Below, in pieces: positions 20,101-28,328 of a stretch of 64,000 bases of DNA. The position numbers and the translations under genes are program-made. Origin of the DNA: an uncultured Actinomycetes bacterium (GTDB lineage: Bacteria; Actinomycetota; Thermoleophilia; UBA2241). Under the pieces are notes generated by a model. That model searched no databases. It saw nothing but the letters and a program-made list of their open reading frames with translations, and had not been told where the DNA came from. Position 1 is the first letter of the stretch. Each line of letters begins with the position of its first letter. Location of the stretch: assembly GCA_963755025.1 (NCBI GenBank), contig CAVWIH010000024.1, positions 8,744-72,743 on the forward strand. The letters run 5' to 3'.

Positions 20101-21057
20101 GATCTGCTCGTAGAAGTCGTGGACGAGCGACACGCGCATGCCGAGGCGCTCGTACAGGCTCACGGCGCCGCTCGGGTTGTCGGCGTCGACGCCGAGCACC
20201 GCGTTGCTGCAGCCGCGCTCGCGCAGCGCCGTGAACGCGGTCAGCAGCAGCAGCGAGCCCACGCCGCGGTGGCGCCAGGGCTTGCGCACGGCGAGCTGGT
20301 CGACGTAGCCCCCGTAAGGCTCGACGTAACTGATGGAGTAGCCGACCATCTGGTCGTCGTCCCAGGCGGTGAACCACAGGTCGGTGTCGACTTCGTCGGT
20401 GAGCGTCGAGGGTAGCCACTCTTCGAAGGGCTGGTCGGTAAAGCGAAAGTGCTCGGCGAAGGCGTCTTCGCCGGTGGCCCACAGGGCGCGCTCGTCGCGG
20501 CGGCGCGTGAAGCGGCGCACCTCGAGCCCGGGCGGCGGAGCGTAGGCCGGGCCGTCGCCGGGCAGCTCGTCGAGCGCCAGGCGCATGCGCAGGAACGAGC
20601 GCACCCGGGCGAAGCCGGCGCTCCGGTAGAGCTCGGCGCGGCGGTCGCGGCGGTCGCACCACACGCCCAGCGACACGCGGGCGTCGGCGGCCGCTCGGGC
20701 CGCGATCTCCGCCCCGTAACCTTCGAGCCATTCGAGCAGCGGCGCTTCGAGGCCGCGCCACTGGTGGTCGGGATGCACGACGAACTGGCCGTCGATCGAG
20801 GTGTGGGCGGCCGTCACGTCGAGCGCCCACGCCCAGGCCGCGAGGCCGCCGTCGGGCGCGACCACAAGCCAGGCGTCGCGCCCGAGGTCGAAGCGGGCGT
20901 GGGCCCAGTCGGCGCGCAGGTCGTCGCGGCTCGCCAGTGTCTCGCCCGAGACGGCCAGGTCGACGGCGGCCACCAGGGCGACGACCTCGTCGAGGTCGTC
21001 GCCGCGCGGCCGCCGCGGGCTGTAGCCCGACGGCAGGCCGCGCGGCGCCGAGGTCAT
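20083..21057 (-). CDS. Two-domain GNAT N-acetyltransferase (MshD-like architecture)
   Basis: Contains QLAVRKPWRHRGVGSLLL and VHPDHQWRGLEAPLL. Its ATG overlaps the upstream gene's stop (ATGA at 21054-57). Confidence 0.75.
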   Translation of the reverse strand: MTSAPRGLPSGYSPRRPRGDDLDEVVALVAAVDLAVSGETLASRDDLRADWAHARFDLGRDAWLVVAPDGGLAAWAWALDVTAAHTSIDGQFVVHPDHQWRGLEAPLLEWLEGYGAEIAARAAADARVSLGVWCDRRDRRAELYRSAGFARVRSFLRMRLALDELPGDGPAYAPPPGLEVRRFTRRRDERALWATGEDAFAEHFRFTDQPFEEWLPSTLTDEVDTDLWFTAWDDDQMVGYSISYVEPYGGYVDQLAVRKPWRHRGVGSLLLLTAFTALRERGCSNAVLGVDADNPSGAVSLYERLGMRVSLVHDFYEQILRDSR

Positions 21058-22877
21058 TCCTCGACCGCGCGCGGCCGCCGCCGCAGCACGAAGATGAGGA
21101 CCACGATGATCACCACGACCACGGCCGCGGCGATGGCGGCGATCAGGCCGCCCCTGGCGCCGCCGGTCTTGGTGGCGGTCGCGTTCAGCGCCAGGTTCCG
21201 GTAGGTGTCGATGTTGTTGTAGTTGTAGATGGCTGCTCCCACGCCCGCCGGGGCCTTGGTCCAGCCCGTCAATCTGTTCGTGTTCCAGGCCTCGAGCTGG
21301 TAGGGGTAGGCCATGATCGCGTACGGCGAGGCGGTGTAGAAGATCTGCTGGGCCTGCTGCACGAGCGGGATGCGTTGCGCCTGGTCGATGGTCGTCGCGG
21401 CCTCGTTGGAGAGCTTGGTGTAGGCCGGGTCGGTCCACAGGCAGTCGTTCCAGCCGGAGCCGGTCGACTGGAGCGGCGTGTAGATGCTCACCATGAAGGC
21501 CGGGTCGACGTCTTGTGTCCAGTACCACATGAACATGTCCCAATCGGGCGTGTAGGTCTTGCCGGTGAACTCGTACTGCGCGCTGGTCAGCACGCCCGGG
21601 TCGACGATCGACAGATTGACCCTCACGCCGACGTCCTTGAACCACTGCACGGCGAGCTTGCCGGCCACTTCGTTGGCCGGCGAGTCGGTCGTGACCATGA
21701 GGCGCAACGTGAGCGGCTTACCCTGCTTGGTGGTGCGGTACCCGTCGGCGCCCTTCTTGTAGCCCGCGGCGTCGAGCATTTGATTGGCCTTGGCCGGGTC
21801 GTAGGTGAAGGCCGTGGCGGCCGGCGGCTGCCAATGGTAGGGCGAGTAAGGCACGATCAGTGACGAGCCCGGCATGGCGTAGCCGTTGAACGCGGTCGAG
21901 ACGATCTTGTTGCGGTCGATCGCGTAGTTCAGGGCCTGGCGGAAGACCTGGTCGCGCAGCACCGGGTTGCCCTTCGAGTTGGGGCTGGCGTAGCAGTTGA
22001 AGGCGAGCTCGGAGAACTGCCACGAGGCGGCCTTGCTGGTCTGGATGCCCTTCACCGTCGAGAGCGACTTGAACTCGGCGAACGGCACGTCGACGGCGGC
22101 GTCGATGTTGCCCAGCTTGAGGTCGCTCGCCATGGTGTCGGCGTTGGTGTAGGTGAGGATGTAGAGGTCGGAGATGTGCGGCGCGCCGCCCCAGTAGTTG
22201 GGATTGGCCTTGAGGTGGACGTACTTGCCGGTCTGCCAGCCGACGACCTGGAAGGGGCCGGTGCCCACGATCGGCGGCTTGTTCTGGAACGTAGAGGCAG
22301 CCGCCTTGCCCGAGATCTTCGACCAGATGTGCTGCGGCAGGATAGGCACCACCATGCGCAGCATGTTGGCCTTGGGCGCGTTGGTGTAGACCTCGACCGT
22401 GTTCGGGCCGGTGGCCTTGGCGCCGGTGATGCCGTCGGTGTAGACGGCCAGGTTGGAGAGGTCGTTCTTGACGATGTAGTTGAAGGTGAAGGCGACGTCG
22501 GCGGCCGTGAACGGCACGCCGTCCTGCCATTTGACGCCCTGGCGGGTGGTGAAGGTCCAGGTCTTGCCGTCGGGCGACACGCTCCACTTGGTGGCGAGCT
22601 CGGGGCGCGGCGCCAGCGTCTTGGCGTCGAAGCCCACGAGGAAGTCGTAGTTCAGGTGCCAGATCTGGTAGTCGAGCCCCTGGATGCCGATGAACGGGTT
22701 CAGGTTGTCGGGGTTCTGCAACTGGCCGATGCGCACGACGAGCGAGCCGCTCGACGGCGCCGCGCTGGGCGCCGAGCTCGAGACGGCAAAGGCGGTGCCG
22801 GCGGCGACCGCGCCGATCGCGACGACGGCTACGGCCAGACAGAGCAGGCGCACAAGGCGTGTGAGGGTCGGCGACAT
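21054..22877 (-). CDS. ABC transporter substrate-binding protein, family 5 (peptide/opine/nickel type) with signal peptide and C-terminal TM anchor
   Basis: ATG 22877 follows AAGGAG. Contains LATKWSVSPDGKTWTFTTRQGVKWQDG. The C-terminus is GGLIAAIAAAVVVVIIVVLIFVLRRRP. Confidence 0.85.
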   Translation of the reverse strand: MSPTLTRLVRLLCLAVAVVAIGAVAAGTAFAVSSSAPSAAPSSGSLVVRIGQLQNPDNLNPFIGIQGLDYQIWHLNYDFLVGFDAKTLAPRPELATKWSVSPDGKTWTFTTRQGVKWQDGVPFTAADVAFTFNYIVKNDLSNLAVYTDGITGAKATGPNTVEVYTNAPKANMLRMVVPILPQHIWSKISGKAAASTFQNKPPIVGTGPFQVVGWQTGKYVHLKANPNYWGGAPHISDLYILTYTNADTMASDLKLGNIDAAVDVPFAEFKSLSTVKGIQTSKAASWQFSELAFNCYASPNSKGNPVLRDQVFRQALNYAIDRNKIVSTAFNGYAMPGSSLIVPYSPYHWQPPAATAFTYDPAKANQMLDAAGYKKGADGYRTTKQGKPLTLRLMVTTDSPANEVAGKLAVQWFKDVGVRVNLSIVDPGVLTSAQYEFTGKTYTPDWDMFMWYWTQDVDPAFMVSIYTPLQSTGSGWNDCLWTDPAYTKLSNEAATTIDQAQRIPLVQQAQQIFYTASPYAIMAYPYQLEAWNTNRLTGWTKAPAGVGAAIYNYNNIDTYRNLALNATATKTGGARGGLIAAIAAAVVVVIIVVLIFVLRRRPRAVEE

Positions 22878-22891
22878 GTTGACTCCTTTTG

Positions 22892-24277
22892 CTAGCTGCC
22901 GGGCGGTGCCTGCTCGACGATCTGGTCGAGTCGGCGTCGCAATGGTTGGTCGAGTGTGAAGGTCGGAGGGCTTGCGAGCAACTCCCGAGTGCGCCGCGCC
23001 ACGCGCTGCTTGAGCGTGGTCGCGCCCTCGGCCTGCCAGCGTTTGTAGACCGACTGGTCGAGCAGGCTGGACTGGCGGAACGTGCGGTAGCGGCGGCGTG
23101 TCAGGGGGCGCGCCAGGTGATTGCCGCCGGGGCCGGCGAGCATGATCTCGTCGAGGGCCAGGGCCTCGTCGTCGAAGGGCAGTCGTTCGCCGAAGGCGCG
23201 GGCGTAGCCCACGAGCTCGTCGCCGAGCACGAGGTGCTCGTACGAGCTCTGCAGCCCCGACTCGAGGTAGCCGACGTCGTGGATGAGGGTGGCGCGGCAG
23301 AGCTCGCCGAGCACGGCGCCCATGGCCGCCTCGGCTGCGGCCTGCTCGTCGTCGAGCTTGCTGTCGGAGTCGCCCGCGTAGGCCCAGCTCGGCAGGCCGT
23401 ACCAGCGCGCCAGGTCGATGCACGCCTGGTTGCCCAGGGCCACGCCCGGCGCCCGGTAGGGCTCGATCATGGTGCGCATGTTGAGCACGCCGACGCCGGC
23501 GCCGTACAGGAACGGCGCGCCGGGGTGGGCGAGCTGGTGCACGACGAGGCCGGCCAGTACCTCGGCGTTGGCCACCACGACGACCGCCGCCAGCGAGGCC
23601 GGCGCCGTGGTGCCGGCCGACGGCGACGGCGCCAGCACGGCCGGCACGTCGAGCTCGCCGCAGACGAGGAGCTTGTCGAGGCAGCCTTCGTCTAACTGCA
23701 GGGGCGGCGACGACATGGTAAGGCAGGCGAGGCTGCCGGCCCGGCCGCAGGCGGCCGCCATCTCGACCATCACACGCAGCGAGGCGCCGCCGAACGGGCT
23801 CGAGACGACGATCGGCTTGCGCGTGCCGGCCAGCATGGCGGCGAGCTGAGCCAGGTCGACGCGCTCGGGGTCGGCGTCGTCGGGCAGACCCATCGACATG
23901 ACGAAGTCGATGTTGGGGAGGGCTTCGGCGAGCCGGGCGAAGGTCTCGACGTCGGCCAGACGGGCGCGCCGCCGGCCGTCGTGCTGGTCGGCCACGTACA
24001 GGCAGTCGGGCCCGGTGCCGTACCAGGAGAGGCCGTCGCTGAGCTCGCGGTCGAGGCTGCCGTCGGCGGCGCGACCGTGCAGCACGAAGCCGCGAGGCGC
24101 GCTCGCCACCGCCTGGTCGACCAGGTCGCGCGACAGGCGGGCGCGGGTGCCGGAGACCTGCGCGCCCGCCCGGCGCAGCAGTTCGAGCGCCCGCGGGTGG
24201 CGCACCTCGACGCCGGTCTCGGCGAGCACCCGGCAGGTCGCGTCGTGCACCTTGCGGCAGGCCGCGTCGTGCCACAC
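22892..24277 (-). CDS. MttB-superfamily methyltransferase, paralogue 3
   Basis: Contains NIDFVMSMGLP, HDVGYLESGLQSS and GPGGNHLA. The GTG start at 24277 has no clear RBS, and homology suggests a few more residues upstream. Confidence 0.8.
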   Translation of the reverse strand: MWHDAACRKVHDATCRVLAETGVEVRHPRALELLRRAGAQVSGTRARLSRDLVDQAVASAPRGFVLHGRAADGSLDRELSDGLSWYGTGPDCLYVADQHDGRRRARLADVETFARLAEALPNIDFVMSMGLPDDADPERVDLAQLAAMLAGTRKPIVVSSPFGGASLRVMVEMAAACGRAGSLACLTMSSPPLQLDEGCLDKLLVCGELDVPAVLAPSPSAGTTAPASLAAVVVVANAEVLAGLVVHQLAHPGAPFLYGAGVGVLNMRTMIEPYRAPGVALGNQACIDLARWYGLPSWAYAGDSDSKLDDEQAAAEAAMGAVLGELCRATLIHDVGYLESGLQSSYEHLVLGDELVGYARAFGERLPFDDEALALDEIMLAGPGGNHLARPLTRRRYRTFRQSSLLDQSVYKRWQAEGATTLKQRVARRTRELLASPPTFTLDQPLRRRLDQIVEQAPPGS

Positions 24278-24323
24278 CCGCAGTTCGGCGCGCGGTTCGG
24301 CGCCCGGGTGTGGCGCCGCCGGG

Positions 24324-25727
24324 TCACGCTTCGCGCTCGCGCCCGGCGGCCTGCATGATCTCGGCGACGTTCGCCAGCATCGCGGGGTCGGCCACGAAGG
24401 CGCGCGTGGCGCGCAGTTCGGCGACTCTGGCCTTGACCCTGTCGAGCATGGTCAGGCGCCCGCCCGCGTGCCAGCGGTCGTAGACCGAGTGGTCGAAGAG
24501 GTCGTCGTACCAGAAGTCGCGCGAGTGGGCGCGGGTGTACTTGCGAGCCAGAAAGTTGCCGCCCGGGCCGACCGCGGTGATCTCGCCGACGGCGAGCGCC
24601 TCGTCGGTGGTGGGCACGTCTGCCATGAAGGCCTTGGCCCAGCCGATGGCGGCGTTGCCGAAGACGATCGACTCGCACGAGCTCTGCAGGCCCGACTCGA
24701 GGTAGCCCACGTCGTGGATGAGCGTGCCGCGCGGCAGGGCGCCGGCCATGGCGGTGAGGCCGTACTCGAGGGCGAACTGCTCGTCGAGCGTCTTGGAATC
24801 GGACATGGAGGCGTAGTTGAAGCTGGGCAGTCCGTACCAGCGACAGAGGTCTTCTTGCGCGGCCTGACCGAGCGGGCTCTCGGGGGTGGTGTAGGCGTCG
24901 ACCGCGGTGCGCATGTCCATGGCGCCCGTGCCCACGCCGAAGACAAAGGGCGCTCCGGAGCGGATCTGCTGGTGGTAGACGAGGCCGGCGAGCGTTTCGG
25001 CGTTGCCCACCACGGCGGTGCCGGCGATCGAGCGCGGCCCCGTGGAGCCGGCGTTGGGCGCCGCGGCCCAGATGATGGGCACTTCGTGCTCGGCGCAGGC
25101 GGCCAGCTTGGTGAGGCCGTCGCGGTCGTGCATGAGCGGCGGCGCCGGCATGGCGTAGATCATGAAGCTGTCGGGCGCGCCGGCGGCGGCGCACATGTCC
25201 TTGACGGCTTTGACGACGCCGCCGTTGCGCGTGGCCACCATGAGCGGCTTGCGCGTGCCGGCGAGCATGGCGGCCACGGCCGACAGGTCGTCGACGGCCA
25301 GCGGCGCGTCTTCGGGCAGGCCCATCGACATGACGAAGTCGAGGTGGGGCAGCTGCTCGGCGAGCGCCGCCATCTCTTCGATGTCGGCCATGCGCACGCG
25401 GCGACGCTCGCCCGAGTCGGGGTCGCGGTAGAACAGGCAGTCCGAGCCGGTGCCGAACCAGGTGAGCCCGTTACGCAGTTCGAGGTCCTTGTCGCGGCCG
25501 CGCGACCGGACGGTCCACGTCCGGGGGGCGGAAGCTAGGGCCTTGTCGACGACGGCTGCGTCCAGTCGGACGCGCGTGCCGTCGACCCGGCCGCCGGCCG
25601 CGGCGAAGACCTCGAGGGCTGGTGGGTAGCGGACGTCGATGCCGGTCTCGGCCAGCACCTGAAGCGTGGCTTGGTGAACGCGACGGCAGTCGTCGTCGCT
25701 CCAGACTACGATGCGGGCCGCTGACAT
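24324..25727 (-). CDS. MttB-superfamily methyltransferase, paralogue 4
   Basis: ATG 25727 follows GGGGAA. Contains HLDFVMSMGLP, HDVGYLESGLQSS and GPGGNFLA. Confidence 0.85.
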   Translation of the reverse strand: MSAARIVVWSDDDCRRVHQATLQVLAETGIDVRYPPALEVFAAAGGRVDGTRVRLDAAVVDKALASAPRTWTVRSRGRDKDLELRNGLTWFGTGSDCLFYRDPDSGERRRVRMADIEEMAALAEQLPHLDFVMSMGLPEDAPLAVDDLSAVAAMLAGTRKPLMVATRNGGVVKAVKDMCAAAGAPDSFMIYAMPAPPLMHDRDGLTKLAACAEHEVPIIWAAAPNAGSTGPRSIAGTAVVGNAETLAGLVYHQQIRSGAPFVFGVGTGAMDMRTAVDAYTTPESPLGQAAQEDLCRWYGLPSFNYASMSDSKTLDEQFALEYGLTAMAGALPRGTLIHDVGYLESGLQSSCESIVFGNAAIGWAKAFMADVPTTDEALAVGEITAVGPGGNFLARKYTRAHSRDFWYDDLFDHSVYDRWHAGGRLTMLDRVKARVAELRATRAFVADPAMLANVAEIMQAAGREREA

Positions 25728-26142
25728 CGGTTCCCCTTTCGTGGTGGCCCTTCGCTCGAGGGGCCTGAGGTGGACGAGCGTTGCCGCTGCGCGGACGGCT
25801 GACGCCCGAGTGCGGGGGGTGCTCGCCTGATCTTCGCTTTTCTGTGGCCGGCGGGCGGTGTGGCCGCGGGCCGCCCGGCAAGCGAAGGCGCTAAGGCGTA
25901 GGGACGAGGCGCGAGGGGCCGCGCTCGGAGAAGATCTTGAACCAGATGCCGCCGTTGAACTCGCCGTCGCAGGCGCTCGCCGCAGCGCGCGTGGTGGTGC
26001 GAACGATGTCTGCGCGAAGGTTCAGAATGCCGACCCCTGATAGCGACCGACGGACTAAGCCGGACGATGACCTTCCGAGGCCCCATCTTCTTGGAGCGCC
26101 CGGGGAGTGTCAAGGGGCGCGGTCGCCGCGGAGGCGGCGGAC

Positions 26143-26232
26143 GGGCTCCGCCGCCCGCCGGCGCGGCGCTCAGGCGGAGTAGCGGGCGGGCTCCGCCGCC
26201 CGCCGGGGCGGTGGCTCAGGCGGTGTGGCGGA
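26143..26232. repeat. About 45-bp tandem duplication containing the ychF stop codon and 3' flank
   Basis: gggctccgccgcccgccgg..gctcaggcgg.gt.gcgg occurs at 26143 and 26188. The second copy holds the real stop (26216-18). Each unit contains the ctccgcc...ggcggag inverted repeat. Confidence 0.85.
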
Positions 26233-27301
26233 AGTTCATGACGTCGCCGTCGGCGACCACGTAGGTGCGGCCTTCGATGCGCAGCACGCCCTTGTCGCGA
26301 GCGTGGGCGAACGAGCCCAGCTCGAGCAGGTCGACGATAGGCACGACCTCGGCGCGCACGAACTTCTTCTGGATGTCGCCGTGGATGCGGCCGGCGGCCT
26401 GCCAGGCGGTCCAGCCGCGGGGCAGCTGCCAGGCGCGGCTCTCGCTCGACTTGAAGTCGCCGGTGAAGAAGGTGATGTAGCCCAGCGCCCGGTAACAGCC
26501 GGCGATGAGCTCGTCGACGCCGCCCGGCGGCACGCCGAGCTCGGCGCGAAACTCGGCCGCTTCGTCGGCCTCGAGCTCGGCGAGCTCGACCTCGAGCCGG
26601 GCGGCGAGCACGACGACCTCGTCGCCGCGCTCGGCGGCCCAAGCGGCGAGGCGCTCGCCGGCGTCGAGGTGCGACTCGTCGGTGTTCAAGACAAAGAGGA
26701 CGGGCCTCTCGGTGACCAGGGCGAGGTCGCGCATGAGGGGCTCGTCGTCGTCGCCGCGCGCGATCTGGCAGGCGCGGCGGCCTTCGACCAGCTCGGCGGC
26801 GAAGCGGTCGAGGATGACCAGCTCCTTGCGCGCCTGGGCGTCGCCGGCGCGCGCCGCCTTGTTGGTCTTGTCGCGGCGGCGCTCGACCAGCTCGAGGTCG
26901 CTCAAAATGAGCTCGGTCTCGACGGCCTCGACGTCGGCGACAGGGTCGATGGCGGCGCGCGGAAAGGCGACCTCGGGGTTCTCGAAGGCGCGCACCACGT
27001 GGGCGACGGCGTCGACCTCGCGGATGTCGGACAGAAAGCGGCTGCCCAGGCCCTGGCCGTGCTCGCCGTCGCCCCCGCCCACGCCGGGAATGTCGACGAC
27101 CTCGATGGTGGCGTGCACCTCGCGGGGCGTCTGCAGGACCTCGTTCAACCTGTCGAGGCGCGGGTCGGGCACGGCGACCACGCCGCGGTTGGCCTCGGCT
27201 GCGCTGAAGGCGTAGGCGGTGGCCAGGGCGCCGGCGTGGGTGAGAGCGTTGAACACCGTCGTCTTGCCGGCGTTGGGGAGTCCGACGATACCGAGCTTCA
27301 T
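26216..27301 (-). CDS. ychF: Ribosome-binding ATPase YchF
   Basis: Contains MKLGIVGLPNAGKTTVFNAL and a C-terminal TGS-like region ..RAWQLPRGWTAWQAAGRIHGDIQKKFVRAEV. Confidence 0.9.
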   Translation of the reverse strand: MKLGIVGLPNAGKTTVFNALTHAGALATAYAFSAAEANRGVVAVPDPRLDRLNEVLQTPREVHATIEVVDIPGVGGGDGEHGQGLGSRFLSDIREVDAVAHVVRAFENPEVAFPRAAIDPVADVEAVETELILSDLELVERRRDKTNKAARAGDAQARKELVILDRFAAELVEGRRACQIARGDDDEPLMRDLALVTERPVLFVLNTDESHLDAGERLAAWAAERGDEVVVLAARLEVELAELEADEAAEFRAELGVPPGGVDELIAGCYRALGYITFFTGDFKSSESRAWQLPRGWTAWQAAGRIHGDIQKKFVRAEVVPIVDLLELGSFAHARDKGVLRIEGRTYVVADGDVMNFRHTA

Positions 27302-27326
27302 GGGTGCATCCGATCCATCTAGCGAA

Positions 27327-27965
27327 CTATATCCTCACGAGGGCGATGTACGGCAGGCCGATGACCAGGCCCAGGCAGACGCCGGCCAGCACGTCGGCCA
27401 GAAAGTGGACCCGCAGGTAGACGCGACTCACGGCCAGCACCACGGCGAGGGCGGCGAAGGCCGGCCAGAGGCTGGGGTAGAGCGCGCTCATGGCCAGGGC
27501 GCCGACCGTGCTCATGCTGGCGTGCGACGAGGGAAACGACGGCGACAGCGGCAGCGGTATGTCGGCGCGGGCCGCCGAAGGGTCGCGCTGGGTCGGGCGC
27601 CGGCGGCGAAAGATGAGCTTGATGAGGAACGTGATCCACTCGGTGGCGAGCACCGCGGCGGCGGCGTAGGCGAAGCGCCGCCCCGAAAAACCAGCCGTGC
27701 CGGCGGCCGCGCCGACGGCGGCCAGCACGACCCAGACGACTCCGTAGTTGCCGGTGAGCGAGATCGCGCCCAGCGGCAGGGTGAGGTAGCGCGGGTGCGG
27801 CCAGCGCGTGCCGATGACGGCCGAGAGGGCCACGTCGCGCGCCTCGAGGCGCGCGAGCCACCCGGCGCGCGGCGGGCGCTGCGGGGCGTGGGGGCGTGCA
27901 GAGCCGGCGGCGGGTCGCCCCGGAGCGGCGGGGGGCCCCGCATCAGGTGTCGTACTGGTCGGCAT
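27327..27965 (-). CDS. PAP2 family phosphatase
   Basis: ATG 27965 follows GGAGG. Contains SFPSSHAS..SRVYLRVHFLADV. Confidence 0.8.
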   Translation of the reverse strand: MPTSTTPDAGPPAAPGRPAAGSARPHAPQRPPRAGWLARLEARDVALSAVIGTRWPHPRYLTLPLGAISLTGNYGVVWVVLAAVGAAAGTAGFSGRRFAYAAAAVLATEWITFLIKLIFRRRRPTQRDPSAARADIPLPLSPSFPSSHASMSTVGALAMSALYPSLWPAFAALAVVLAVSRVYLRVHFLADVLAGVCLGLVIGLPYIALVRI

Positions 27966-28026
27966 CGATAACCGCCTCCAGTATACTATCGGCCGTACTC
28001 GCCCCCGGCTCCGAGGCAAGGTCGCC

Positions 28027-28317
28027 ATGTCCGATCAACCACCCCGTACGAGCGTCATCGTCACCGCTCTCGGCGCCGACAAGCACGGCCTGCTTGCGGC
28101 CGTCGCCACCACCATCGCCAACGCCAACGCCAACGTCGACGACGTCAGCCAGACCGTCACCGGCGGCATGTTCACCATGATCATGTTCGTCTCGTTCGCC
28201 ACCGGCGAGACCACCATGGCGGCGCTACAGGAGGCGCTGGTCGAGACCGGCCTCAAGACCGGCCTGCAGATCACCGTGCAGCACGAAGACATCTTCCGCT
28301 ACATGCACCGCATCTAG
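28027..28317 (+). CDS. ACT domain protein (UPF0237 type)
   Basis: Contains VIVTALGADKHGLLAAVATTIANANANVDDVSQT. It shows the usual pairing with the following UPF0210 gene. Confidence 0.8.
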   Translation: MSDQPPRTSVIVTALGADKHGLLAAVATTIANANANVDDVSQTVTGGMFTMIMFVSFATGETTMAALQEALVETGLKTGLQITVQHEDIFRYMHRI

Positions 28318-28328
28318 CGGCCGGCGCC

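Noticed and set aside
21054-24275. 1073-aa ORF suggesting a giant fusion protein
   Set aside because: Only the C-terminal 607 aa (from ATG 22877, with its own RBS and signal peptide) is SBP-like. The upstream part is an out-of-frame overlap of mttB paralogue 3.
14209-26232. Tandem repeats as possible CRISPR arrays
   Set aside because: The units are directly adjacent with no unique spacers, the copy numbers are 2-5, and no cas genes are present.
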